From: Psammoneis japonica
Lineage: Eukaryota
Assembly (NCBI GenBank): GCA_008632985.1
Contig: QPGO01000063.1
Location: forward strand, 310,001-374,000
DNA: 64,000 nt
Reading direction: 5' to 3'
Within the stretch, counting starts at the first letter, position 1; every line of letters starts with the position of its first letter. A program made the translations under genes and the position numbers. The notes beneath the pieces were generated by a model that saw only the letters and a program-made list of their open reading frames with translations, was not told the DNA's origin and did not search any database. Positions 1 to 10,899 of the stretch are shown here, in pieces.

Positions 1-40
1 TGCTCTTACTGATAGCTTGTAAAAGTAAAAGTTGAAAGTG

Positions 41-126
41 TGGAGAGACCTGCCTACAGGCACCCAAAAATCACCTAACACGTTGGAGAGATCTGCCTAC
101 AGGCACCCAACAATCACCTAACACGT
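41..126. repeat. Tandem duplication of a 43-bp unit
   Basis: tggagaga(c/t)ctgcctacaggcacccaa(a/c)aatcacctaacacgt occurs at 41-83 and 84-126. Confidence 0.85.
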
Positions 127-520
127 AACACGTTGCATTCCTTCGCATCCCTTCGTCGCCTCCACACTTTCCCATGGCAACAAACAAACACCACACCATC
201 ATCCCTGTTGAGTTGGTGCGATCGGCGGATCGGGACTACCCACAGTCAGATCCTAACGCTATCAATACTCTCTAGAGTTTTAATTTTAGCTTCACTACTG
301 AACACAGAAAAATAGAGTACTTGCTAACTACGTATTATCAATTTGCGAGACAATATTCAAGCCATCTTCCCCCCTCAACTTGTGTCACTCACGATGAGAC
401 CGTTTCAGTAACTCTATCTTTTACTAATGATCTCCACTAAACATGCACTTCCAAACAATCGTCCACAACCCAGTGAAAAGACTACCTCATCACAACTGTC
501 CGCGCATTCCATCATTCCTT

Positions 521-835
521 CTAGGTCTTAGCTCTACAGGTGGTGACGACTCCTGCAGAAAAACCAGAATTCTTGTTCAAGCCCATGTCAATTGCACCCG
601 TAAATTCGTCGCGTTTCAAATACGCATTCAATGCAACTGAAACTTCGAGGTTCCCAAATGATGCCGCAACAGCCTTGGAAAAAGCATCGGCCTTGGCGCT
701 AACCCTGGTATAGGCCTCCGCTTCTGCGTCTCTACAATACTCGTCGATTTTAACTGGCTTACACCAAGGGAATGGGTGGCTACCGCAGAAATCCACCAAC
801 CACTCTATGCAATTTTGAATCCAAGTGTAACTGGC
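521..835 (-). pseudogene. Orphan 3' coding fragment, possibly the C-terminus of the secreted protein at 7346-8375
   Basis: Open frame ASYTWIQNCIEWLVDFCGSHPFPWCK...TTCRAKT* with no ATG. It shares Ala/Ser-rich composition and a C..P..WC motif with the 7346-8375 protein on the same strand. Confidence 0.4.
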
Positions 836-948
836 TAGCAGGGGGGTCAGACGGTCGGTGATGACGTTTCGTCACTTATAGGGGTCATTTCATTACTTAA
901 AGGGTTCGTTGAGTGCCGAGGCGAGTGACCGGGTGCCGAGGCGAGTGA

Positions 949-1110
949 TGCAGTGTCTCGCACCTTATTTTTCTGATATATAGTATTAATGACCCTATTA
1001 GATATAACGGAAGCCGTTGTAACGGGCTTCGCTGAAAGCGACCCTCGTTACCTCGGTCTTTCGCTCACAATTTTGTCATCACTGAAGTCTTTATCTCGTA
1101 AAACCTTGCA
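949..1110 (+). repeat. 5' LTR
   Basis: Matches 6175-6336 at all but 3 positions. Confidence 0.97.
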
Positions 1111-1139
1111 CTGTAATTACAGTCGATTTAAAGAACTGG

Positions 1140-1355
1140 ATGGAGACTAGGAATAATACAAACAAATTGACTAAACGTGAGAAAAGAGAACTACGCGCAA
1201 GAGCAGCAGTTTGGGCTGTTGAGCACCAGAAACAAGTGCAACAACGTAAACGACACGAACAGAATTTGGCGAGCCGAGTGCATCATTTGGAGTCAAAGGT
1301 AGAGTCCCTGGAGAGGACCATTGAACAATTGCATTCCCTTTTTCATGATGAGTGA
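1140..1355 (+). CDS. Small basic/leucine-zipper ORF upstream of gag
   Basis: 71 aa. A basic stretch (KREKRELRAR...QRKR) is followed by L-x6-L-x6-L-x6-L (LASRVHHLESKVESLERTIEQL). Its 3' end overlaps the putative gag ATG. Confidence 0.5.
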   Translation: METRNNTNKLTKREKRELRARAAVWAVEHQKQVQQRKRHEQNLASRVHHLESKVESLERTIEQLHSLFHDE

Positions 1356-2567
1356 ATCGTTGAAGGAGCCTTGCATTAGCCATGAAGCCAAATTTGAGCA
1401 TTCTGACTTGGAGGAAGTGAAATTGACCCAATCGCATGATGACGGCAGCACTCGTACAAAAAAAGTGTCCGCGTTTTGATGGTGCTCATGGTGTTGAAGC
1501 ATTGTCATTCGTTGAGGATCGTTTTCGTAAAAATTGCTGTGAAATTGGAGCACACTGCTGGCGAGGAATTGTTCGAAAATTTCGAGGAAGTGCTTGCGGA
1601 TGCTGCAGAGGACAAGTGGGCGAACTTGACCAATGCAGTTGACGATGCCGATAAAACTGTCGAGCGTTTTGATCAGGAAATCAATCGTTTTTACTTGTCT
1701 TATTGTGATGATGAAGCGCGTGACACTTTGATTGAACATTTGCCAACTTTGAAAAAACCATTCAAATCTGAAGTGCAGGCGCATGCAGATCGCATGGAAA
1801 CCCTGATTCGGTGCTCCAACAAACTTCCAGGAAATGCTCCTCAAGTCAACGAAGCTCAGAAGAAAAAGATGATGTTCGACAGCTTTCCTCGTCCGTGGCA
1901 TGAGATGTGTGCTCGAGCAGGACGAGCGACAGCGAACGACACTCTCGCTGAGATCATCAGCCACATGAACAACGAGAAATCTTTTGCTGACAAGAGCAGC
2001 AACAAGAAGCAGGACAAGAAGAGAAAAAGCAATGGTGCTTCGTCTCAAGCTTCAAGACGCTCTCGTGGCAACAGTGGCAGAACGGATCCAGAATCTAGAT
2101 GCCCGGTGCATGCGAATCACGACCACAAGTGGAAGGATTGCATTTTGAATCCAGAAAGCCAAAACCATCGACCGAGGTCCGACCGTGGCGGTCGTAGCGG
2201 AGGTCGTGGTGGAGGCCGAGGAAACCACCAAGGTGGAGGACCCCAAGGTCAAGGCGGTCGTAGCAACTTCCAAGGTCGAGGACGTGGCAATTGCGGCAAT
2301 CAAGGAGGACATGGAGGCCGAGGTTACGGCAATTATGACAACTCCCAGAATTCTCAAGGGAATGGATCCCACTGCCAAAATCAAAACGGCACCCAAGCCA
2401 ACGGTGACACCCAAGGCCATGGAAATCCGGCTGGAGCAGCTGCTCCTGGTGGCTGGCAAATGGAGTCGCACCATTTTGATCAAGGAGGGCCTCGTGAGAT
2501 GCGAGGTGGAAATGGACACGATCAGAACGGTCGCACCCATCAAGGCCAACGAAGTTGGCGCAATTGA
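1345..2567 (+). pseudogene. gag: gag of Ty3/gypsy (frameshifts in poly-A runs near 1460 and 1530)
   Basis: Capsid-like region, CHHC knuckle CPVHANHDHKWKDC and RGG-rich C-terminus. The N-terminus is distributed over more than one frame, joined at A homopolymers. Confidence 0.8.
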
Positions 2568-5500
2568 CAAGGGACGGAAGTGCCCGAGTCAGAGCGTGTC
2601 GCTCAATCTTTTTATGTTTCGTGTGATCGTGAAGAAAACACATGTTTTAATGTTGATGACAATGTGGGAGACCTGATGGAATCTTGTGCTGTGAATGAAG
2701 AAAAATTGGGCGGCGTTTTGGAGTGCGCTGCACCAACCCCTAAAACCATGACTCCTGAACCATTGAATGTGGTGCCAACGACGTTGATGGCGGTGCGTGC
2801 CATTCAAAATCAAGAGAGCAAGCGAGTGTCACGAGTGCCATTGGATTCAGGAGGTGCTGACACTCTCATTCATTCTCGAGTTTTGCCGAAGGGAACGAAT
2901 CCAACCATGAACGATGAAGGACGGTTGAGCTTTCAGACGGCAGCCGGACGATGTGAATCCTCCCGATGCGTTGTTGTGAAGGACTTGACATTGCCAGAAT
3001 TTGACAAGTCAAAACAAGTCGACAGCATTGCGGCTCAAGTATTTGATGCCCCATGCAAGTGTGATTTAATTTTGGGACAAGACTTTTTGTCGAAAGCCGG
3101 AATCGTGCTTGATTTTCGATTTGGAATGATGAAGTGGTTGGAAACGTCGATCCCAATGAAGCAATCCAATCATTGGAACTCAGTTCAGAATTGGTTGGAT
3201 GCACTGGAAGATGACGGAGAGGACGAAGACGATGAGGGAGCCTTCGGACAATCTTTTATGATGGACACCAAATGCGAGAAAGTGTCATCCGCGAAAGTGG
3301 CGCAAGCTCAAACTCACTTAACTCAAGAGCAACGTGATGAGCTACAGGCAGTGCTTGAAAAGCATGAAACCCTCTTTGATGGAATGCTTGGCAAACATCC
3401 GCATGAGACTGTTCACTTGGAAGTTGATCCCAACGCTGTTCCCTTCCATTCTAAGGCTTGCGAAGTGTCCAAGAGGGATGAAGCCGTTTTTAAGAAAGAA
3501 CTGCAACATTTGTGTAACATTGGCGCATTGGAGCCAGTGGGACCAACTGAATGGGCAGCCGGAACTTTTGTAACTCCCAAAAAGGATGGACGAGTTCGAT
3601 GGGTGTCCGATTTTCGAGAGTTGAACAAGGCACTCAAACGAAAGGTCTATCCTCTGCCGATCATTCAAGACGTTATTCACCGACGCTCGGGATGCAAGTG
3701 CTTGACCAAGTTGGACCTCACTGTGTTTTATTGTCACATCGAGCTTGACGAAGAATCCAAGGATTTGTGTGCCATTGTTGCTCCGTTTGGAAAATTTCGA
3801 TGTTGTCGATTGGCAATGGGTTTGAAAACCTCTCCTGACATTGCTCAAGCCATCATTGAAAAAGTGGTAAAAGGAATCGATGTTGAAACTTACATTGATG
3901 ATATTGCTCAATTTGATGATTCGTTTGATGCTCACATGCGTCGACTCGATGAGCTGTTGTCCAGACTAGAAGAGAACAATCTAAAAATTAACCCACTCAA
4001 GTGCGAATGGTGTGTCCAAGAGACGGATTTTTTAGGCCATTGGCTCACGCCTGCAGGAGTCCGACCGTGGAAGAAGAAAGTGGAAGCGGTGCTACGAATG
4101 CAACCACCTAAAACTATGATGCAACTGCGATCGTTTGTTGGTGCGGTGACTTATCATCGCAACATGTGGCCTCGTCGTTCACACGTGCTCGCTCCACTCA
4201 CGAAGTTAACAGGCAAGAGCAAGTTGGAATGGACCCCTGAATGTCAACGAGCCTTTGAAGACATGAAAACCTTAATGCTGGACGACACCCTTTGGGTCTA
4301 CCCGAATCACAACAAGCCATTCCATGTTTATGCTGACTCTTCAGACTGTCAGATGGGAGCCGCAATTATGCAAGACGGGAAACCAGTAGCTTGCTGGTCC
4401 CGAAAACTCAGCGCAGCACAACAGAACTGCTCTACGATTGAAAAAGAATTATTGGCGGTGGCAATGTGTTTCAAAGAATTTCAAAGCATGTCATTTGGAG
4501 CTGACTGTACTGTTTTTATGGATCATAAAAATCTCACCTTTCGTACGCTCAATTCTCAACGAGTTCTCAGGTGGCGACTCTTCTTGGAAGATTTTGCCCC
4601 AACTTTTGAATACGTTGATGGCAAAGATAATCTCTTGGCGGATTGTTTTTCAAGATTGCCGCGCATGGACCCTCCTACGGAAGGGAAGTGTGCTCCTAAC
4701 AAGGGCAAACTGATTGATTTTAAAACCATCGACCCTGCTGTGCTGCCGCATGAAGAAGAACTGGACGACCAAAACAGTGTGTCTTGTTTTTCCTGTCGTC
4801 GTGAAGAACCATCTCCATTTTACTCTTCCGTCGTGGACGACCCCGAATTGTGTGAATCATTTTTGAACTGTCCTTCTCTCGAGGAAATGCAAAACCCTGC
4901 AACCATGCAATGAATTCAAGAACACCAATTCATCGACGTGGAGCTGAACAACATGCGACAACAATGTCCAGAACGCTTCATGGTGGAACATGTGAATCAG
5001 CGTCCTGCAATTTGTTGTCGTGCTCGACCGAATGATCCTCCGACTGCGTGGAAAATTTGTGTTCCAACGGCGTTGCTGCATGATGTCATACGATGGTGTC
5101 ACAGAATTTTGGGACATGCAGGAGTGCACCGAATGCATTCCACTGTTGGCGCACATTTCCATCATCCTGCCCTTCGTCAATCCTGTGAAAGATTTCATTG
5201 TGCCAATTTTCAACGTTTGAAAACTTTGGGCCCTGGATGTGGGGACCTGCCTGAACGGGAAGCGCCTTTGTTGCCATGGACAGAAGTTGCGGTTGACCTC
5301 ATCGGTCCCTGGAAAATTGAAATTCAAAACCATGAAATCGAATTCAACGCTTTGACTTGCATTGATGCCGTTTCGAATGTGACTGAACTTGTTCGCATCG
5401 ACAACAAAACCTCATCTCACATTGCTCAACAATTTGAAAATTGTTGGTTGTCTCGTCATCCTCGTCCGAACCGGTGCATCCATGACAATGGTGGAGAATT

Positions 5501-6062
5501 CATTGGAGAGGACTTTCAATTGTCATTGCAACGAGCAGGAGTGGAAGACGCTCCAACTGCGTCGCGAAACCCACAAGCCAATGCGGCATGCGAACGCATG
5601 CATCAAACTGTTGGAAATGTCTTGCGCACTTTGCTTCATGTTTGTCCTCCACAGAATGTTGAGCAGGCTGATCAACTGGTGGACAATGCATTGGCAACCG
5701 CCATGCATGCAATGCGATGTGCGGTTTCTCGTGCTCTCAAGATTTCACCCGGTGCCATGGTTTTTCAACGTGACATGATTCTTGACTTGCCGGTCCTGGC
5801 CGATCTTGCCACCATTCAAGAACACCGACAAGCGATTGTCAATGCGAATCTCCGTCGAGCCAACGCTAAACGCCGGTCCTGCGATTTTCAAGTTGGTGGA
5901 CACGTTCTACTCAAGGCCATCGACCCAACCAAGCTCGAGCCACGAGCTCACGGTCCATGTCCTGTCGTTCAAGTCCACGCTAACGGTGCGATTACGGTCC
6001 AACGTGCACCTCATGTGACGGAACGATTGAATGTTCGTCGTGTCGTCCCGCATCGCACCTGA
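2568..6062 (+). pseudogene. pol: pol (protease, RT, RNase H, integrase) with in-frame TGA at 4911-4913
   Basis: PLDSG protease, YIDD RT, ADSSDCQMG/EKELLA RNase H, and integrase VDLIGP..HDNGGEF..CERMH, with GPY/F degraded to GPC. ORFs 2580-4913 and 4938-6062 are in the same frame. Confidence 0.95.
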
Positions 6063-6174
6063 GGTTAAGGGTTTTCTCCCCAACATTTGGGTTTCCCTTC
6101 TATCCTCATCCATTGGAATTTAAATTTTTTGAGTCCCGCATGATTCTCGACACTCGAATCATGGAAGGGAAGAG

Positions 6175-6336
6175 TGCAGTGTCTCGCACCTTATTTTTCT
6201 GACATATAGCATTAATGACCCTATTAGATATAACGGAAGCCGTTGTAACGGGCTTCGCTGAAAGCGACCCTCGTTACCTCGGTCTTTCGCTCACAATTTT
6301 GTTATCACTGAAGTCTTTATCTCGTAAAACCTTGCA
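6175..6336 (+). repeat. 3' LTR
   Basis: Matches 949-1110 and is preceded by a polypurine tract. Confidence 0.97.
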
Positions 6337-7169
6337 AGTGACCCAAATATGACGTCAGTAACAGGCTAGTGACCGAGTGCCGAGGCGAGTGACCCAAATA
6401 TGACGTCAGTAACAAGGCGAGTGACCGGGTGCCGAGGCGAGTGACAAATTTACATAACGTAGCTGATAAATTCACATAACGCAGCAATTTATTACAGACT
6501 ATGACCGTAGACTAGTATAATGTATATACATATAAATATTAAGTTTATGCAATTTGAATTTATACATTATTATGTCTATTAAGTTTATTATTATGAAGTT
6601 GGAATGCCAACGGTAAAAGCCACACGAATGCAGTGCGAGTCATCACGCTGATGCGTCCGACGAACCGGATTGAGCCACGATGACACCCAAAGCGCCGCAA
6701 AACAGCAACAGTGAGCCAAAAAGACGCAACAGGAAAGCACAATAGTGGGGTATCGTTGCACCACTATGAGTAGTTGAAGCGACCAAAAAAGAGGCGCGCC
6801 GCGACGAACAAAAGCAACAGCAACACGCACCATGCACGAAACTCATCGAAACGGCGTCAAAACAGCACAACGCAACGCAACAGCAAAAAAACCAACGCTC
6901 CCAACGAATCACAAACATCAAAATTAGTCATACACATTGCTCTTACCTCCCGAATTGCGGTGCGTCAGTCGATTTATAAGCGGCCGTGAGTCCATGGCGT
7001 GTCGTCGTCGTGAAAGTGAGTATTGTGTGTGTGAAATTCTGCACGAAAGCGGTCCCGGAAAATCGATTCAAATTGTGACTGTTACGTAGAATCCTACGTG
7101 GTAAGTATGAGCACTGGCTACTCCGACTGTCTTTTATAGATATATACAGTATATAATCCTGCTTATCCA

Positions 7170-7359
7170 GTTACCGATATAACTGGCGATACTGAAGACT
7201 TCAGCCTACCCATCACCGTGCTTCGGACATTTTTGATAGGCTTCAGGCCATGTCTTCAGGCACTGCGTGCCTTCAGACATGTCCTTCAGCCCATCAAAAA
7301 TGTCCTCGGCCGGTGCCGGTCGGCTTCAGTCGTCACTCTCGCCAGTTATTTACAGTAAC
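7170..7359. mobile_element. Small inverted-repeat (MITE-like) element
   Basis: Left end gttaccgatataactggcga versus right end (reverse complement) gttactgtaaataactggcga, with internal cttcag repeats. It lies exactly where the 7346-8375 frame stops. Confidence 0.5.
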
Positions 7360-8375
7360 CATCTGCATCGGCGACGACATCTGTGATGGCAGAAGTAACC
7401 GTTTTGGCTCTGGATTGAGTGAAGCTCGACGCTCCTCCAACCACAACAGCCTCAAAGAAATTGATACTCCTGCCTTTGGATATCACGCTTACTAACTGAG
7501 AATTTCTGGACTCTGCAAGCGAACGGGAAAAAGCGGATGACGTGCTGACAGCATCAGCCTCGCCAGTAGCTTCCACTTCCCCATATCCTTCGGTACACAT
7601 GCGATGCCTGATCCACCTGTGACTACGCGGGAGGTTTTGGCACATTGCATTCGGTTCAACCGCTGCACCAGCTGTCCCTTGGGAGAAAGCTGCAGCTTCG
7701 GACTCACTTCGGGCGAATGCCACAGATAGTGTACACGTGTGCAACTTCGATTTGAAATTGACTTCGGGGATCGGCCCGATACGTCCTATTTGCTTGACGG
7801 TGAGCTCAGCTTGCCCAAGAACCATGGCGTTCAGCCTTGTGAGGGACTTAGCCTGTGCCCAGCAGGTGGCCCCAGCTTCCACCATTGCGTAGACCGCACT
7901 CGCATCAGGTTCGTCTCGGTACAATTTTGCGAATTCAAACTCTTCGATAACTTTTGAGTTGCACCACTCGATAGGATTGATGCACAAGTCTTTCGCCCCC
8001 AGCCAGTACCAGACATAAACACTCATAATATAGGTGCTCGTGCCATCGGGATTCGTCACTTTTCTGACACCTTTGGGCAAGACACCTCTATTCCTTTGAG
8101 AGGGTCGCGTACGTCGTAAATTCCGATGCTCTTGCTCGTCTCCTTCCAAGACGACAACGCCACCATGTTCTTCTTCAACAGGACCACCTTCATATAGGTC
8201 TTCAAGCTGCACCTGCTAGGCGAGCAAGGAATGCAAATGAGAACGGGGATAATACAATATGAGAAAGACTCCGTTTTTCATGTAGCACTTACTGAGGCAT
8301 TGTTGTCCTCAGCGACCGATCCACTGACGCCAATGGCGCAAGCGGCCAACAGGAAAGCAGGGAAAGGAAACGCAT
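7346..8375 (-). CDS. Secreted hypothetical protein (2 exons; intron 8213-8292), probably 3'-truncated
   Basis: Exon 1 gives signal peptide MRFLSLL(F)LLAACAIGVSG if one T is restored in a homopolymer. Intron is GTAAGT...CAG. Exon 2 is a 288-aa ORF with an RNLRR processing-like motif. TpA content is normal. Confidence 0.6.
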
Positions 8376-9188
8376 GGTTGTCTAAAAAGTGAAGAGTCAA
8401 CGTTATGGGTTTCTCGTAAGTGTTCTCTCTTTATGATTTTGTTTTTTTGTGAGAGAAACGAGAAGTGATTTGACGAAGTGGTCTCGAAAGACTCTCGAAT
8501 TCTCGTTTGATAAATGATCACAACATCATTTTTTATTGTGACTGACTAATTTGTCACGTTCGGGCTAGCGCTACGACGCACGTACGGTATGTACAGTAAT
8601 TTGGTGTTTACTTATCAACGCATGTCATGCATGTCCTGAAGTCATTCCCAAAAACCGCAAGACATGATCGATCACATTCTCATTGGCGAAAGGGTCATGT
8701 TGTAAAACACTTACCAGGTGCGCTGAAACTGGCACTTAGACCTGATGCAGACATGCAGCACACATGTCCAAAGTGAAATGACTTGTGACGAACGATCCTG
8801 TTGCCTTCCCTCTTTTGTTTCGGTGAGCGAAAATGACGGCCGCACATGCGAGCAAGGCACTCTGCCAGGACCAGAGGTGGCAACAACTGGAAGCGCAGCT
8901 CCAGCTCCATTCTGAATCTGACACCAACATCACAGCCAATGAAAGGACACTTTGAGTTTCCCCGCAGTTGAAAAAACTGTGGGAGCTTGCAGGGTGGTGC
9001 CCCAAAATGCTCAGAAATGCCACCTCCCACTGCTGCTGCCCTGGATTCTCCCAGTCGCAAATGCCTCCTGTGTCTGTTCTTGTCTTTCAAAATGACGCTC
9101 AGGCTCACCTTGTCACCGCTTGGCACAATCTGCACCACCAGGGGAGTGCAAGGCTTGAGAACTTCAAACAATTCATCGGCAAGGCGAG

Positions 9189-9843
9189 CACTGCAAACAA
9201 AATCCTCAATCTTTAAAGGCACCAACTCTGGGACACACGCTCCATCAGTGCAGTGTCCAGCAGCACGTTCGACAACACAAGACGCATTCCAGCTCTGGGT
9301 GGGACCTCGCACCGGTGCCACTGCACTGTGACATCAACAGTTTTTTGGATCGCGTCGCATGTCGCGCACACACATTTCTGCGTGTTGTGTTCTACAAAAT
9401 TGTTTCATGCTCCCTGTTTTGCGAAGCCAAAGGCTTTCTATTTTCAACATTTGTGTGAGAACAAAAATGCGCTGGGTGTGTTCTACAATGTCTGCAGAAC
9501 ACACCCGGGCAAACCATTGCAAACAAAATCCTCAATCTTCAAAGGCATCAACTCTGGGACACACGCTCCATCAGCGCAGTGTCCAGCAGCACGTTCAACA
9601 ACACAAGACGCGTTCCAGCTCTAGAGGTGGGACCTCGCACCGGTGCCACTGCACTGTGACATCAACAGTTTTTTAGATCGCGTTGCATGTCGCGCACGTG
9701 CATTTCTGCGTGTCACATTCTATGAAATTGTTTCATGCTCCCTGTTTTGCGAAGCCAAAGGCTTTCCATTTTCAACACTTGTGTGAGAACAAAAATGCGC
9801 TGGGTGTGTTCTGTGATGTCTGTAGAACACACCCGGGCAAACT
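9189..9843. repeat. Tandem duplication of about 325 bp (flank plus left part of MITE)
   Basis: 9189-9514 is repeated at 9515-9843, and many of the differences are TA/TG/CA or CG/TG/CA. Confidence 0.85.
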
Positions 9844-10013
9844 GTTGATGATGTGCTCCAAGTGTGAAGGAGGAGATGCGTTCGTAAAATTGCCTCTTTT
9901 TCTGTTGGCGATCATTTGCATTTTCATTGCAGCACAAATTTGCTGCAGAGCTCGCACGTAGAATTCTGCGGGCCCAATGTCACATGGAGTCCCACCTGGG
10001 ACTGGAACCCATC
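9607..10013 (+). mobile_element. MITE family A (about 400 bp, TIR GACG.GTTCCAG, 4-bp TSD ACAA)
   Basis: gacgcgttccag...ctggaacccatc flanked by ACAA on both sides. Related copies lie at 9281-9514 (truncated), 58427-58832 and 63302-63697. Confidence 0.85.
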
Positions 10014-10899
10014 ACAAGCTGCTCCATTTGGCCCAGCATTGCAGACACAACTGTTGGCATCTCCTTTGTGACCACAGATGTTTTTGGTGCAATCGTTGCC
10101 ATCGTCACAATCAGCATCGACACAACACCTGCAACGGCGACAATCGGGCATTCCCAGTGGTGAAGAAACAATTTTCCCAATTGTGCCGGTGCCTTCAGGC
10201 TGGTGATCCACATCCAGGTGTGGATCCCAGAAACCAGCTGGACAAACAATGGGCCCATGTTTGGGGGGTTCAAACAACCTGGAACACATCACAGCATGTT
10301 CAGCAGTGCACTTGCACAACCAGGACATTGGGTGCCAAAATCCACCAAGCATGCTTGTTTGCACTGTTTGGGAGTGAGGCAATCATCACTTTGACAGATC
10401 TTGCAGATGTGTCCATTGCCATCTTTGAAATTGACAAAGCCAACATGTGTGCGATGGCAGCCACATCCGATGTTGGGGAGACAACAGTCATCTGGCATTC
10501 AAGTTGCATGCCAGCCATGCATGTGCCATCCTCACACCTTTCAGCTCCATTGCCTGTGCACTCAACACAACCAAGAAACCTGTCACATGTTTCTTCAGGT
10601 TGGCAGACAAGCTCCATTCCAGCCATGCACATGCGGTCATCCCCGCATGTTCCTTTCCATTGCAGACATGTCCGTCATCGCATTCATTGTCGTGGTGCAT
10701 CTGTGGCTGGCAGGAGGCACAAAAGGTTCAAGGTCCTTTTTGGTCCTGAGATGCCCACGCTCCTCCTTAAGGGACATGGCTCTGCCCAAGACAATCACAG
10801 CAAAGATCGCCTTGGTGAAGTTCATTGTCGCAAAAACTTGGCTGGTGTTTCGTCTGCTGTTTTCAACCACTGACAAATCATTGTGGACATGATGGTGGC

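Larger units (their letters stand above)
949..6336 (+). mobile_element. Full-length Ty3/gypsy LTR retrotransposon, TpA-hypermutated
   Basis: 162-bp LTRs (TG...CA) at 949-1110 and 6175-6336, 5-bp TSD AGTGA (944-948, 6337-6341), PPT ggaagggaagag at 6163-6174, and gag-PR-RT-RH-IN order. Confidence 0.97.
911..6445. repeat. gtgccgaggcgagtgacc minisatellite (911-948 and 6337-6445), split by the Ty3/gypsy insertion
   Basis: Repeated GTGCCGAGGCGAGTGAC units occur on both sides of the element. On the right they are interleaved with cccaaatatgacgtcagtaaca units. Confidence 0.75.
8700..10825 (-). pseudogene. Degenerate secreted cysteine-rich protein gene
   Basis: Signal peptide MNFTKAIFAVIVLGRAMS plus Cys-rich repeats (ECDDGHVCNG, DCDDGNDCT) scattered across frames. 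The frame rejoins across the MITE at 9607-10013 (GAAC|VVERAAGHCTDGACVP). Confidence 0.6.

Noticed and set aside
1293..2676. Long antisense or alternate-frame ORFs over gag
   Set aside because: They are shadow frames opened by stop-codon depletion and carry no recognisable motifs.
911..6445. gtgccgaggcgagtgac repeats as a CRISPR-like array
   Set aside because: The spacers are not unique, the context is eukaryotic and there are no cas genes. It is a simple minisatellite.
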